The notes below the pieces were generated by a model. It was not told the DNA's origin. It did no database searches and saw only the letters and a list, made by a program, of their open reading frames with translations. A stretch of 64,000 nucleotides of DNA from Lingula anatina (taxonomy: Eukaryota; Animalia; Brachiopoda): assembly GCA_051362555.1 (NCBI GenBank), contig CM120641.1, positions 124,001-188,000 on the forward strand. The letters run 5' to 3'. Of this stretch, positions 63,669-64,000 are shown in pieces (position 1 is the stretch's first letter; each line of letters starts with the position of its first letter). The translations under genes and the position numbers were made by a program.

Positions 63669-63880
63669 TCACAAGCAAGATTGAAATCCAGACTAGGTGA
63701 GATTGAAATTTCAACATGCAAGATGATTAATAAAATATGCTCTTAACCATAGATTCTATAACTAAATTGGCTTCATTAGGGATGTGATTAAATTACTAAT
63801 CTAAAATTGTCTGTGACTTGGGATTCCAATCTTGCCTAGTCAGGTTTAAAATCTAGCCTGGATTTCAATCTTGCCTGTGA
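63669..63880. mobile_element. Small MITE-like inverted repeat element
   Basis: tcacaagcaagattgaaatccagactag vs ctagcctggatttcaatcttgcctgtga. Confidence 0.6.
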
Positions 63881-64000
63881 CATATCCATATATTTGAAGA
63901 TACAGGTCTATCATGTATATATATGTATACCAGTGGGGTTACACAAACACATTTTTAAGATTTAGAAAAATAGTAGTCTTTACCAAATCAAAACTACACC

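Overview
AT-rich, intron-rich animal genomic DNA, probably from an invertebrate such as a lophotrochozoan (taxon is inferred). From left to right: (1) the 3' flank of a probable upstream STING paralog, then nested non-autonomous transposons. (2) A STING (TMEM173) gene with 4 coding exons (4900-6742, +) that appears to encode only the cyclic-dinucleotide-binding domain, behind a kB-site/TATA promoter. (3) A ~22 kb tandemly duplicated block (7.8-29.8 kb) with four copies of a small gene whose product has a signal-peptide-like N-terminus and a permuted papain/NlpC-P60 (PPPDE/DeSI-like) His/Cys motif. These copies are interleaved antisense with duplicated 3' exons of an apolipoprotein-D-like lipocalin. 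(4) A divergent pair of ApoD-like genes. (5) An intact two-ORF CR1/L2-group LINE. (6) SAR1 (-), MRPS24 (+) and most of SEC24A/B (-). Three patterns stand out. At least seven tandem duplications are seeded exactly on exon-intron junctions in three unrelated genes, including an in-frame 45-bp repeat of the STING dimer helix plus splice donor. Both COPII genes (SAR1, SEC24) carry length-matched duplicated exon pairs that look mutually exclusive. The PPPDE-like family looks secreted and is hypervariable near its active site. Exon boundaries were read by eye from GT/AG sites and protein similarity; no database searches or transcript data were used.
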